In this document: piece by piece, positions 28,123 to 41,253 of the stretch
Numbering within the stretch: position 1 is the stretch's first letter
Layout: every line of letters begins with the position of its first letter
Origin: the human T2T-CHM13v2.0 reference genome, Homo sapiens
Assembly: GCF_009914755.1 (NCBI RefSeq)
Contig: NC_060929.1
Reading direction: 5' to 3' (one strand)
DNA length: 64,000 nt
Program-made: the position numbers and the translations under genes
The notes under the pieces: model-generated
Told to the model about the DNA's origin: nothing
The model's database searches: none
Seen by the model: only the letters and a program-made list of their open reading frames with translations

Positions 28123-29889
28123 ATCTACTAGTTTAGAAAAGGGTGGTATGAACTGAACGCTCTGATAAAAAAAATCCCAGTGCAAGCAGCATTTTGCTCC
28201 CAAAAGGAAAAGTAGGGGTGATGAGGGAGGAACAGACATGCATGTGTCACACACCTCCCTTTTGGAGTTTCACAATGCACATTTCCTCTGAATACTCTTG
28301 ACAGTGAAGAAATCTGTTCAACAACATTTAACTTACCCCTTTTCATATTTTTTGTTTTTGTGTAGTATCTATTACCCTCAGAAGAAACTAGTACACCATT
28401 GTATACCCCCTGGAAATGCTGACATATCTCTTGGACATCACACTTTAATCTTTGATTGGATTCCTCCTATCTCTATATTGCTATTTCTTAATCCTTTGAT
28501 AGGATTATCTTAACAGTGTCCCATTTTTAAAGATAACCACTATGGGTAATATGGGTGTTCATTTCTTAATCACTTTGAATTTAAAAAGTGTTTTTAAAGG
28601 TGCTGTTTGGGGGCCATCTGTCTTTCTTCCCTCCTCTGTGCCATTGTCCCGGTCTACGATGCTTCTCCCATTTCTGAAGTCCTTTGGAAAGTCGTTTGTA
28701 CTCTCTGGCTCATCTTTGCACACTTCACTCTCAGCTTTGAGGCCATACACGAATATGGCTCCTGACAAAACCTTCTTTCTCAGGACTTTCTGTTTTTCTT
28801 ATTGTTGTTGACCTCGAACCCTTTCTTGCGTCTCAAGTGGACGTATTCTGTAAATACTGCCACTCACAGGGTGGCCCCCACTTGCCCTGCATCTCACTGC
28901 TGTCTCATTCTTTTGTGCATGTGTCACTTTACTTATTGATTATTTGATCTTTCTTCCATCCAGGGTACCTTAGATATACTTTTTCAGGTCGTTTCAGGAT
29001 TTGACTTGTAATAGCAAATTCTGAGTTGACAGCAACTCTGGAAGGAGAGAGAGATGATTCACACAGATTATAACAGTAATAACTGTTTACCAGGTATGAG
29101 GCCATCCAGTAGTCTGGGGGATATAACTCAAAACACCAAATTTCAAAATACAGGCAAATGTGTGCATGACTAATGCTTGTTTAATGACTGCTTACTAATG
29201 CAATGGTTACTGTCAGGTGATCATCTAACTGGTAGGTAAGTGATGATCATCTTTTATCGGGGGGTTATTTACATCTATCAAGTTGTTTTCATAAGCCTTC
29301 CTTTAGGTTTCCTTTCTATCAGTTTCCCACAGCCCATCTCTCATTCTGCTCTTGTATTTCATTTCTTTTGCTTTAAAATTGGAAAGGGACAAAAATTGGC
29401 TTCAGAAAATGGACACCTGTTTTATTCCCTCTCTCCTCAAGGCCAAGATAGTTTATTACACTCTGCCTTTTTATATTTATTTAACAAAACTCCTAGTAGC
29501 AATATAAGGAGAAAGAAAGATAAACCCTTCCAACTCTGGTTTTTGACAGTTTCTCAGTGACATTCTTTATTTATTATACAGTGATGGAGGATAGAATTGA
29601 AAGGACTTGCTTGAGTCCTGTCCCCTGGCTTTATGCCATGTATCTAATCTTTTCTAATAGACATCCAGGCTTTGTCTGAATCAGATCAGTAGACACAGTG
29701 TTTCAATGTCACTGTTGATGTTCCCTCTGTGGATCTTCTAATATGGTTCCTGACTTGAGTTTGGGAGATGGGAGGAGCTGCTGGAAGATCAGGGCAAACC
29801 AAAACTAGGTATGGAGAACTTGATACTTCTGAGTATTCTTTGTGACCCTTTAAACGAATGTCATTAATTTCCAATTCTAAATATCAACG

Positions 29890-32800
29890 ATGGCAAACAT
29901 TTACTGAGACCTCTCTGGGTTACAGTCATTGGGCCAAAACCATTACATTTATTTCACATTTAATATTCACAGCCAGCAAAATAGGTAGAAGTGGCAGAGA
30001 CTACCAATTGCCCCCACATATAGATTCCTCTCTTTTTCCTTTAATAGAGAAATGTGTCTAGTTATAGCTGGACATGTCAACAACCAACAATAGACTACCT
30101 TTCCCCACGTTCCTTGCAGCTAATATAGACATATGACTAAATTCTCACCAATGGCACGAGAGAAGGGATCTGTGCAGATTCTGGGTTATAACCTTAGAAG
30201 GAAAATGATCCTTCTCCCTTAATCACTTTCAGCCTAACAAAACACCCCAAAATGTAGTGGTTTATAACAACAATGTATTTTTCACTCATAATTATGCATG
30301 TTGGCAACTTGGGCTGGGATCAGCTGATGGATTGTTTTGGCAATAGCTAAATGTATTGATATGGTTTGACTGTGTCCGCACTCAAATGTCATCTTGAATT
30401 GTAGTTCCTGTAATGCCCACATGTCCTGGGAGGGTGCGAGTAGGAGGTAATAAATCATGGGGGTGATTACCCCCATACTATTCTTGTGATAGTGAATAAG
30501 TTCTCATGAGATCTGATGGTTTCATAAGGGGCTTTTACCCCTCTTCACTCTGAACTTCTCCTTGCTGCCACCATGTGAAGAAGGATGTGTTTGCTTCCCC
30601 TTCTGCCATGATTGTAAGTTTCCTGGGGAGGCCTCCCCAGCCCTGTGGAACTGTGAGACAATTAAACATCTTTCATTTATGAATTACTGAGTCTCAGGTA
30701 TATCTTTATTAGCAGCATAAGCACAAACTAATACAGTAAATTAGTACCACATAGTGGGGAGCTGCTGTAAAGATACGCCGAAATGTGGAAGTGACTTTGG
30801 AACGGAGTAACAGGCAGAGGCGGGAACAGTTTGGAAGGCTCAGAAGAAGATAGGAAAATGTGGAAAAGTTTGGAACTTCCTAGAGACTTGGAGGGCTCAG
30901 AAGACAGCAAGATGTGGGAAAGTTTGGAAATTCCTAGAGACTTGTTGAATGGCTTTGACCAAATGCTGATAGTGATATAAACAATAAAGTCCAGGCTGAG
31001 GTGGTCTCAGATGAAGATGAGGGACTTGTTGGGAACTGGAGTAAAGATCACTCTTGCTATGCAAAGAGACTGGCAGCATTTCGCTCCTGTCCTAGAGATC
31101 TGTGGAACTTTGAACTTGAGAGAGATGATTTAGGGTATCTGGCAGAAGAAATTTCTAAGTGGTTAAGCATTCAAGAGGAAGCAGACCATAAAAGTTTGGA
31201 AAATTTGCAGCCTGGTGATGCAATAGAAAAGAAAAACTCTTTTTCAGGGCAGAAATTCAAGCTGGCAGCAGAAATTTGCATAAGTAACAAGGAGCCAAAA
31301 GCTAATTGCCAGGACTACGGGGAAAATGTCTCCAGGGCATGTTAGAGACCTCTGTGGCAGACTCTCCCATCAAAGACCCATAGGCCTATAAGGGAAAAAT
31401 GGTTACCTGGGCCAGGTCCAGGACCCCCTCCTTTGTGCCCTGCATCCCAGCCACTCCAGACATGGCTAGAAGGAACCAAGGTATAGCTTGGGCTGTGGCT
31501 TCAAGGGGTGCAAGCCTCAAGCCTTGGCAGCTCCCACTTGGTGTTAAGCCTGTGGGTGCACAGAAGTCAGGCATTGAGGTTTGGGAACCTCTGCCTAGAT
31601 TTCAGAGGAAGTATAGAAATGCCTGGATGTCCAGGCAGAAGTTTGCTGCAGGGGCAGAGCCCTCATGGAGAAGCTCTGCTAGGGCAGTATGGAAGGGAAA
31701 TGTGGGGTCAGAACCCCCACACAGAATCCCCACTGGCACACTGCCTAGTGGGACTGTGAAAAGACAGTCACTGTCCTCCAGACCCCAAATGGCAGATCCA
31801 CTGACAGCTTACACCATCTTCCTGGAAAAGCCGCAGACACTCAATGCCAACCCTTGAAAGCAGCCAGGAGAGGAGCTGTACCCTACAAAGCCACAGGGGT
31901 GGAGCTGGCCATGCCTGTGGAAACCTGCCTTATGTATTAGCGTAGATATGAGACATGGAGCCACAGGAGATCATTTTGGAGCTTTAAGATTTGACTGCCC
32001 CAGTGGATTTCAGACTTACATGGGGACTATAGCCCTTTAATTTTGGCCAATTTCTCCCATTTGGAATGGGTGTATTTACCCAATATCTGTACCCACTTTG
32101 TATCTAGGAAGTAACTAACTTGCTTTTGATTTTACAGGCTCACAGGTGAAAGGAACTTGCCTTGTCTCAGATGAGACTTTGGACTTGGACTTTTGAATTA
32201 ATGCTGGAATGAGTTAAGACTTTGGGGGACTGTTGGGAAGACATGACTGTGTTTTGAAATGTGAGGACATGAGACCTGGGAGGGGCCAGAGGCAGAATGA
32301 TATGGTTTGGCTGTGTCTTCACCCAAATCTCATCTTGAATGATAGTTCCCCAAATCCCCACATGTCATGGGAGGGAGCCCATGGTTGGTAATTGAATCAT
32401 GGGGTTGGTTACCTCCTTGCTATTCTCATGATACTGAGTGAGTTCTCACAAGATCTGATGGTTTTATAAGGGGCTTTCCCCACTCTTCACTCTGCACTTC
32501 TCCTTGTTGCCTCCATGTGAAGAAGAACATGTTTGCTTCCCCTTTTTCATGATTGTAAGTTTCCTGAGGCCGCCCCAGCCATGCTGAACTCTGAGTCACT
32601 TAAACCTATTTCCTTTATAAATTACCCAGTTTCAGGTATGTCTTTATTAGCAGTGTGAGAACAGACTAATACACGTATGCATCTGTGATCAGCTGTAAGA
32701 TTGGCTGGGAAGTGACCATTGGCTGGGACAATGAAGGTTTGTTACTTAATTGAGAGAACTAACCTGGTCTTGCTTACACAGTGGCTGTCAAGATACCAAG

Positions 32801-33370
32801 AGGGCAAGGGAAGGGGTACAAAGGCTCTGGAGGCCTAGATTCAGAGCTCCTCACTTGTGCTGCATTCTCTTAACTGAAGTAATCATATGGCAAGGGCTGG
32901 GAAAGTAAACTATTTATGGGAGTTGCTGTAAAGTCACACTGTGAAGGGCCATAGATACAAGGAAGAATGATGAATGGTGATCATTTCTATAATGTACCTT
33001 ATCTTCTCTTCCATTATTCATTTTCCCACTAGTTGGTATATGTACATAATAATGACAGCAGTTTTTGACTAAAATATAGAAATTATATGTTGAAAATGGC
33101 AGAGCAACACTCTGGTACCATAGAGCTGTTATATTAGAGTATTGTACTCAAAGTGTTATTTGAGAAATAAACTTCTATTTTGTTTTAGTCAATGTTATTT
33201 TATAGTCTATGCTATAGCAGCTCAACTGGAATCGGAATGATTACTATACCCATTTTGCAGATGATAAAATTGAGCTTTATAGAGACTAAGAAACATGTCC
33301 AAAGTCACCCAGCAGCTAGGCAGAAGTGGCTCCTTTTAATATAGGTTTGTCTGATTCCAGAGCTCATGCA
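29890..33370. mobile_element. Nested cluster: MIR > MLT1J-like LTR > second MLT1 LTR > THE1 provirus
   Basis: MIR halves ~29890-29985 and ~33241-33370; MLT1J-like halves ~29990-30225 and ~33005-33235; inner MLT1 halves ~30230-30356 and 32674-~33000. Confidence 0.65.
30357..32673 (+). mobile_element. Complete THE1 (C/D-like) MaLR provirus
   Basis: 5'LTR 30357-30735, internal 30736-32297 (decayed ORFs RDLWNFELERDDLGYLAEEISK and EVWEPLPRFQR), polypurine tract before 3'LTR 32298-32673; TSD tgtat/cgtat. Confidence 0.95.
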
Positions 33371-35399
33371 TTTTTAAGAGTTCTACACATTTAAATATCG
33401 CAATAATATTTACTTTTACTTATCTATAGGGAGTAAAGTTGAAAGATCCGTTTTTCATTTTTAGTAGGTGCTTATGACTTTTATCAGATGGGTACACTAA
33501 ATTTAAGGTCTCAATCATTTACAGTTCAAAACATATTTGGTCTGTATAATTGAAAACATATATGTGTACTGGATATATATACACACAAATGCATTAAACA
33601 TGTAAATATTAGTTATTTGACCAGTCTGCTTTTGTACTTCATCCCTTAGGTGTTTATGTGGTATAATCAAGGCCAAACATGAATGGTCAGTGAACCAAAA
33701 GACAAAATATACAAAAGCTTAAATAATATTGAATGCTATTATAATTTACATCTCAGGCTGAGTATTACAAGAAATGGAAAGGCTCTGCATTGATCTAGTC
33801 TTGATACATACATTTCAAAAAAAAAAAAAAGAGAAAATGGCCAAGCATAGCAATCACACTCAGGTATTAGGATATCCATAGTCAGGGACAACTTAAATAT
33901 CTGGAACTAAATCATCTCTGGTTTGTATCTGTAATAGCATATTTCCCTAGTCTAATGAAGTTTAGCACTATATCACTTGCATAGGGATGTGTTGAAATTG
34001 ATAATGAAAGCTCATTATTTGTTGAGGTATAATTTTTGTCTGGTCACAGGTAAAGGAAATTTGTGATCTAGAGTAACTGTTCACCAGTACTTTGCTTCCT
34101 CATACCTTGGGCCATTGTGTTGTTATTTTGGTTTGCTCCAAAGACTCGAAACCAGGTATTTCTGTATTCAAGTGAAGGTTTTCCTATGTCAAGTTATTAG
34201 AGAGGGAAAAAAAAAGACTCAATGCTGCCTATGAAGAGAACTGAGAGTCTTCTACAATTTCTTTCAATCCTTGGTGTACATGATGAGCTAGAATAACCTA
34301 ACTGAGCTGAATTATCCTTCCATGGTATGGTTCAGTGAATACCATTATATTTCAGCACAGCTTGAGTGATTTTTAATGCCAAAAACATCAGCAAGAAATA
34401 CAAATGTTACAAAAATATTGAAACAATACCATAAAAAAGCCCAAGATCATAAATACTTTACTTTGCAAGGTCTCAGAGGTCAAAATAGCAATCCCATGGA
34501 AAATTAAAATGCTTTCTGTGCGAGAGTCTTTTAGGGGAAAAGACACACATACATACACATGGTAGCGGTTTACTATCAAAATGCACAAAATCATTTTCTG
34601 AATCTATTTTAGGCTTGATTAATAAAGAAAAAATAACTATTTTCCAGGAGAAAGAAAAACTTGTGAAGTTATTCATCTGCATGTTTCCTTATTTGGTTTT
34701 AATTACAATCTAATTAAAGGAGAATTACAGCCTGTGAAAGAGAGAGATGACTTTTATATGAATTATGTCCTTGACCACACAAAATAATATGGCGTGCAGT
34801 TAGAAGTTTGCTGGGGATTTGGATATGGGCAGTTAAACTATCAAAAACGGTTGCTTAAGAACAGAGGCTTTAAATCTGAAAATTTCCTTTCAGTTGAGCA
34901 CCCTTTGAGAGGCTGTGCTACAGGTGTGTGTAAAATGAGTTAGGAGAGAGGAAAAAAAAAACATCTTGCAAGATCTGTGCATGGAGATGTGCACGTCTTT
35001 ATTCCTTATTCATCCTACGGTACTCAGGTGCATGCCGGCTGCTAATAGATCTGGCCACAATGGGTCAAATCCTACTGTCCACTGATTTTCTGGGTAATGT
35101 GTCAGCTTCAATTTAAGTCAGGGAAGCCATAGAAAAAGAATCTAACCTGATATTTCTAATAAAGAGGAGTGGCCCAGATGCTTGGAAATACCAGCTTCGC
35201 AAAGAAAAATGGCTCTGTGTTATCATCTCGGGCATCTGATAATTTCAGAGACCTCAGTGTTCTGTCAAATGTCTTTCTGTCTATCTCCTCCAGTATCTAT
35301 TTGGGCTTCTTGTTCTCCATGTACATTTTAGGTAGCTTGCTTCATAGATTTTAAGTACTAGTGAGTTCTATCATTTTCTTTGTCTCATTTTTTAAAAAA

Positions 35400-36720
35400 G
35401 TATATCAAGGAGTACCAAAACAGTCCTATCTATATAGCCAATTAATTTTAGACAAAGGTGCTAAAGATCAATGGAGAAATAAGTATCTTTTCAAAATATG
35501 GTGCTAGAATAATAGGATATCTATGTGCTAAGAGAAAAAAAAAAGCCTGACTCACACCTTGCATCTTACATGCAAATAACTCAAAATCGTTCCTAGACAT
35601 AAACTTAAAACCTAAAACCATAAAACTTTTATAAAGAAAAATAGAAGAAAATCTTTGTGATCTTGGCTTAGGCAAATATTTCTTAGGTATGACATCAAAA
35701 CAATAGTTAATAAAAGAAAAATGATAAATTGGACTTCATCAAGATTAAAAACTCTCTGTGAAAGACACTAAGAAAACAAAAATCTTTGGGCTGAGATAAA
35801 TCATTGCAAAACACAAATCTGATAATGGATTTGTATTAGAAGTATGTAAAGGACTTCCAAAGTGCAATAATAGAAAACAGCCCATTTAAATATATGGGCA
35901 GAAGTTTTTAACAGACACTTCACCAAAAAAGACATATAGATAGAAAACAGGATCTAAAAAGATGTTCAACATCATTAGTCATTAGGGAAATACAAATTAA
36001 GACTACAACATGATAAGTGGTTGCTAAAACTGCTTAATCAAATTTGATAAAACCCAGTAATGGTGAGGATGCAGAAGAACTGGAATTCTCACATATTGCT
36101 GGTAGAATGAAAAATGTTATAGCCACTTTGGAAAATAGTTTGTCAGTTACTTATACAGTTAAAAACATACTGTATGGCCCAGAAATCTCCCTCCAAAATT
36201 CTTATATAAGAGAAATGAAAACTTATGTTCACCTTCAAACTTTTGTGTAATGTTTATAGTGGCTTTATTAATGATTAACTAAATCTAGTAATAATGCCAT
36301 GCCTTTAAACTGGTGAATTGATAAATTGTGTGATGCAACAATGCAATAGAATACTACTCAGCAATGAAAATCAATGAGGTATTGATACATGCACAATATC
36401 GATAAATCTCACATGCATTAAGCTAAATGGAAGAAAACAGACTCAAAAGATGACAAACTGTGATTGCATTTATATTACATTCTGGAAATGCAAGCCTAGA
36501 AGACAGAAAACGAACCAGTTGTTGTCATTGGCTAGAGGCTAGGGAAAGGTAGGGAAGGGAGTGATTATAAAGGGACATAAAAAATTGAGGGGAGAGGTGG
36601 GACTGTACTATAGTTTGATTGTGTTGGAAGTTATACAACTATATGTGTTTTTCTAACTCATAGAACTTTACACTAAAAAGATCCAATTTTACTATGTATA
36701 AATTATAACCCAATAAACAA
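35400..36720 (+). mobile_element. Old L1M (L1MC/MD-like) 3' portion
   Basis: gacaaaggtgctaa...aatctttgtgatcttgg...3'UTR ending cccaataaa. Confidence 0.85.
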
Positions 36721-37035
36721 AGTATTTCAGGCAATTTCTTGAATCAATAATTAATCTTAATCATCATGATAGTAAAGAGTTCAGTCTATTATAATTTGTA
36801 TTTTGCCAGATCACTAGTGGATTTTGATTGTTGAATGCCTTATTTGGGTCAAGAACATGTTTGCTTCTATTTGTCTTGGGAAGAAAGAGTGTCGAGGCAT
36901 TGAGTGTGGGAAGAGGATATAACAGCAATTTTGTATTCCCTTTTTCCTTCCATGATTATGTTTTCAGTATACACAAAATAGTTAAGGTAGCCATTTTAAT
37001 TCTCAGGAACTAATATCTAACTTATCCATATTCAT

Positions 37036-37047
37036 GTGTGTGTGCAT

Positions 37048-37080
<33 letters not shown>
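37036..37080. repeat. (TG)/(CA)n microsatellite
   Basis: Directly visible. Confidence 0.95.
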
Positions 37081-37083
<3 letters not shown>

Positions 37084-37129
37084 GAATCTTGAATTAATCT
37101 CCAGCATCATCTTCTGTTTCTACCACTTG

Positions 37130-37520
37130 TCCTCTATCAGTACTGGATAAAACTCAAATCCCTTAATGATCCTTACATTCCATGCTCTGTAAGTTTTTTT
37201 ATTTGCTGGAGGTCTGCTTGGAATGCCTTGGCCCCACCATCTGCCTGGTGAGCTCCTCCTTATGTTTCAGGTCCTTACTGGAGCATCCTACCTCCTTGAG
37301 GAAGAGCCCCTGCACCTTTCTTCTAGCCTATTGCCTTTCCTCCATGCTTTCACACATCATACTTTCATGTGGCTATTTGATTCCATGTCTCTGTTCTCTA
37401 GTAAACCATGGATTACTGGGTAAAACTCCTTGTTTTGTAACATTTTATGTGTCCTCAGCTCCTAGTGCAGTGCATAACATATAGAAAGTGCTCCGTGTAT
37501 TTTCCTTGTGAACCAATAAA
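37130..37520 (+). mobile_element. L2 3' fragment
   Basis: ctgcttggaatgccttg...cctagtgcagtgcataacatatagaaagtgctc. Confidence 0.5.
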
Positions 37521-38841
37521 CAACAGCAGACTTTTTTGAAAAAAAAGTTTGCCAATTGTTTTGAACATTAATATCTTTTAGTGTTTGCTTCCAAATTGAG
37601 TTGTAAATAAACATACTCAGACTCATCTTCTCTCACATGCACTCAAGGGATATGGGGGGGTCTAATTTCTTAAAGATGTATTCTTTAATTTTAAATCCTA
37701 GTCTTCACATAAAATGAAAAAGCAAATATTAGTTTTGCTTTAGTTTAGGATAATAGGGATAGGGCCATGTTGCTCAGAACTAGCCCTATTTTTGTGGTGT
37801 TAGAACTTGGTTAACAACCTTCTGGAAAATATAAGCAATTGATCAGCATCTTTATTGATTTGTAATTCACAGAGCCTGGAAAAGCAAGAGATATGGTGAT
37901 TTACATTTCCATGTGAAACATGGAGTTTATTAACCATGGTCATATCATTATACGCTGCTTGTGAACAAAAGAAGTTCAACGTCCATTTTTGATGCGTGAC
38001 CAAGTCTCATGAATGTACAAAAAGGTTGACAGCCCTTGACTGGTGGTTATTACTAATTTAATAAGCAGTCTTCAAAGCTTTTGCAGATACAAAAGGATTT
38101 GATGTTACATATGTAATATGCAGCATGTGCAAAATACTTAATTCTAGTCACTTTGAAAGCTAGAGGACAGTCATTAAAATTTTATGGTGCAAATTAAAAT
38201 TTAAGATTAAAATACAAGATCAAAAGAATCACTTTTTTTCCTCAGCACTATTAAGGATCAGCTTTTTGAATAGAGAGATTCAATGTTCAATGTCATGTCC
38301 TTTCCTTCTGGAGAACCAGATTAGAGCTAATCAGAAGCGACGAGAGAAACGTATCTTTCTGTATTATTTTTTCAATTGGGAACAATTTTTTATTACTTTT
38401 TAATATATATGTAACTGTAGTCACAGGGTATAAAATGTAAGTCAAATAAGAATGTAGATAATTTTGGAGAAGGAAGTGTGATGTGGGGAAAAATATTTGC
38501 ATCATTGACACTGTTAAAACTGTGGAAAAGTGCATCATTTTATTGTAACACCTGTAACATGAATAAATACAGCCACAAGTTCACCTTCAATCTAGCCTAT
38601 ATAATTTTAAAAAATACCCTGATTGTGCTTTTGCATGATCCTTTTATAAATGGTCTAATAACTTGTAAGATGAGTTATGAGGAATGATTGGAACAATCAA
38701 CAGCAAACCTCTTTAGTTTGCTGTTGTTTAGTGGTGGTAAGCTTACATCCTGAGACCTGGCCACATCTCACGCTACAGTGGAAGTGTTCAACATGGTCCA
38801 GGGCAGAAGGCTACAGGTGAATGAAAAACTTCCTTCTCTAC

Positions 38842-39238
38842 TGTACTAGTCTATTCTTGCACTGCCTTAAAGAAATACCCGAGACTGGGTAAGTTATAGA
38901 GAAAACAGCTTTAATAGGCTCATTGGTCTTCAGGTTGTACAGGAAGTATGCTGCTGGATCTGCTTGGCTTCTGGGGAGACCTCAGGAAACTTACAATCAT
39001 GGTGGAAGGCGAAGAGAGAGCCAGCATTTCACATGGCCAGAGCAAAATGAAGAGAGAAGGGGGAAGGTACCACACACTTTTAAGTGACCAGATCTCATGA
39101 GAACTCACTATCACAAGAACAGCACCAAGGGGGAAATGCCCAGAGGATCCAATCATCTCCTACCAGGCCCCACCCCCAACATGGAGGATTATGATTTAAA
39201 ATGAGATTTGGGTGGGGACACAGACCCAAACCATATCA
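38842..39238 (-). mobile_element. MSTA-like solo LTR
   Basis: tgtactagtctattcttgcactgc...ctcaggaaacttacaatcatggtggaagg...aaaccatatca. Confidence 0.9.
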
Positions 39239-39770
39239 CTTCTCACACTATAATGAAAGTGTTGAACATCGTCCAGGACAGAAGGCCACAGGTGAATGAA
39301 AACACTTCCATCTCTACTGAGTTGTCTCTTTGACCACTGTACAGGAAGAAGTCGCATATTTAAATCCGTTGTCTCACATGGGAAATTCTAAGAACAGCAT
39401 AAGTATAGTCAGGGGGCAAAAAGCTTATAAGATTAGCCATGTTTAAAATTTAATACTAGTGAATAACTTTTATTTCACTGATGAAAAGAGGCAGTCATAA
39501 CTAAAGCAACTTTTCCCCATTAATTGTAAAACGTTACTATTCTGAATATTCAAATATTTAGGTGTTTTTTACACTGAGGTTTTGAGAAGAGCTCATGATA
39601 AAGAAACACACTACTGTGGGCAACTTTTCTTAAACATAAACAGCTTACCTAGCCATAGGCAGAGCATAAATTCTTACCTTCACCATCATTCCTTTACTTG
39701 TTAAACAACAAAACAAAGTTTGAGTGCCCGCAGTCTACTGGCACTGTACTTGACTATCCTCTTGTAGAAG

Positions 39771-39912
39771 TAGGTGGCTGTATAATTTATTGTCTAAACC
39801 AGGACACTTTAGAGGGTGAAAGCATGTCTATTGATACGTTGTGCATAAACCAGTTGTATCCCAATAGGCATAAACCAGTTGTGTCCCAGACCAACCAGAA
39901 TGTATGGTTTCT
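39771..39912. mobile_element. MER81/MER94-like hAT-Blackjack MITE
   Basis: tataatttattgtctaaaccaggacacttt...gtcccagaccaaccagaatgtatggt. Confidence 0.5.
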
Positions 39913-40034
39913 CAATGAATAATTATTGTGGTTCAGAAGTGAGCCTAAGGCACTGTTTGACCCTAAGATATGTTATATAATTAAAAATGTCACATTAGAT
40001 TTAGTATGATTTAGATTTTAATACATGATAAAGC

Positions 40035-40320
40035 AGGTTAGCAGAGTGGTAGAGAGTTTGGCTCTGGAATCTTGGTTCAAATTCCAGCTTTTACAAATTA
40101 TTAGCTGTGAAACCAGGGAGAAGTTGTTAACCCCATCAAGCCCCAGGATCATCATTTGTATTCTGGAGAGGATAAGAGGATAAGAACACACACACAGACA
40201 CACAGACACACACACACACACACACGTATGTTGCTATGTATAAGAACAAACTGAGAAATTCATGAAGCATGCTTGGCACAAAGTCTGCCACACAGGTAAA
40301 TGTCCAATAGAAGGCTGCAA
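40035..40320 (+). mobile_element. MIR containing a (CA)n tract
   Basis: ttggttcaaattccagct...tagctgtgaa...catgcttggcaca. Confidence 0.7.
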
Positions 40321-40618
40321 CTAAGGCAGTATAAATTCAGTACAGGTTAGCAAATTGAAATGAGAATTAACTAAACCATTCTCAGGGCAACTATCTATTC
40401 AAGCCTGGTGCATGGAAAATAGTAGATACTTAACATGTTCTTGTTGAATAAAAATAAATAAAATGACAAAAATTTAATTGAAATGTTTCATAATTTTTAG
40501 CTATTCTAGAAGCATAAAAGTTTATTGGATATTTGCTTTTCAGTTTAAACATTCAAAACTGGTTTGAATATACGAAGCCCAGAATAAGAGATGATGATGT
40601 AGTGTTATTGCTCTAATT

Positions 40619-40782
40619 CAGTGGTTCTCAAAACTGGTTTTACATTAAAAATCACCTGGGGTACATTAAATATTGACTCTAGGACCAAATCCCCTAACTA
40701 GTTTAGAAGACTCAAGTGCTGCAACTGCTCCCCAAAGTGTTCCCAAGCAATTTTAATATACAGCTAGAGTTAACAACCACTT
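40619..40782. mobile_element. MER5-like hAT MITE
   Basis: TIRs cagtggttctcaa / aacaaccact. Confidence 0.7.
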
Positions 40783-40848
40783 CTTTAGGGTCTGTGCTGA
40801 GTAAATAAAGAATTGCATTTTACATTGGGTTCCAAATGAAAAGGCACC

Positions 40849-41253
40849 TGATATGGTTTGACTGTGTCCCCACCAAAAATCACATCTTGAATTGTAATCC
40901 CCGTAATCCCAGTAATCCCCACGTGTCAAGGGAAAGACCAGGTGGCAGTAATTAAATCATGGGGGCATTTCCCCTATGCTGTTCTTGTGACAGTGAGTGA
41001 GTTCTCATGAGATCTGATTGTTTTATAAGTGTTTGGTAGTTCCTCCTGCATTCGTTCTCCTCCTTGCTGTCTTGTGAAGAAGGTGCCTTGCTTCCCCTTT
41101 GCCTTTCACCATGATTGTATAAGTTTTCTCCCCTTTGTGTTTCACCATGATTGTTAGTTTCCTAAGGCCTCCTCATCCATACAGAACTGTGAGTCAATTA
41201 AACCCAGATCTTTATAGCAGTTCTTTATAGCAGTGTGAAAATGGACTAATACA
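40849..41253 (+). mobile_element. THE1D-like solo LTR
   Basis: tgatatggtttg...ggactaataca; perfect TSD gcacc at 40844-40848 and 41254-41258. Confidence 0.92.

Noticed and set aside
30831-30945. ~53-bp tandem repeat in THE1-int
   Set aside because: As I recall, this is a feature of the THE1 internal consensus rather than locus-specific
31001-31857. ORFs of 114 and 152 aa
   Set aside because: Decayed THE1 internal sequence, not host genes
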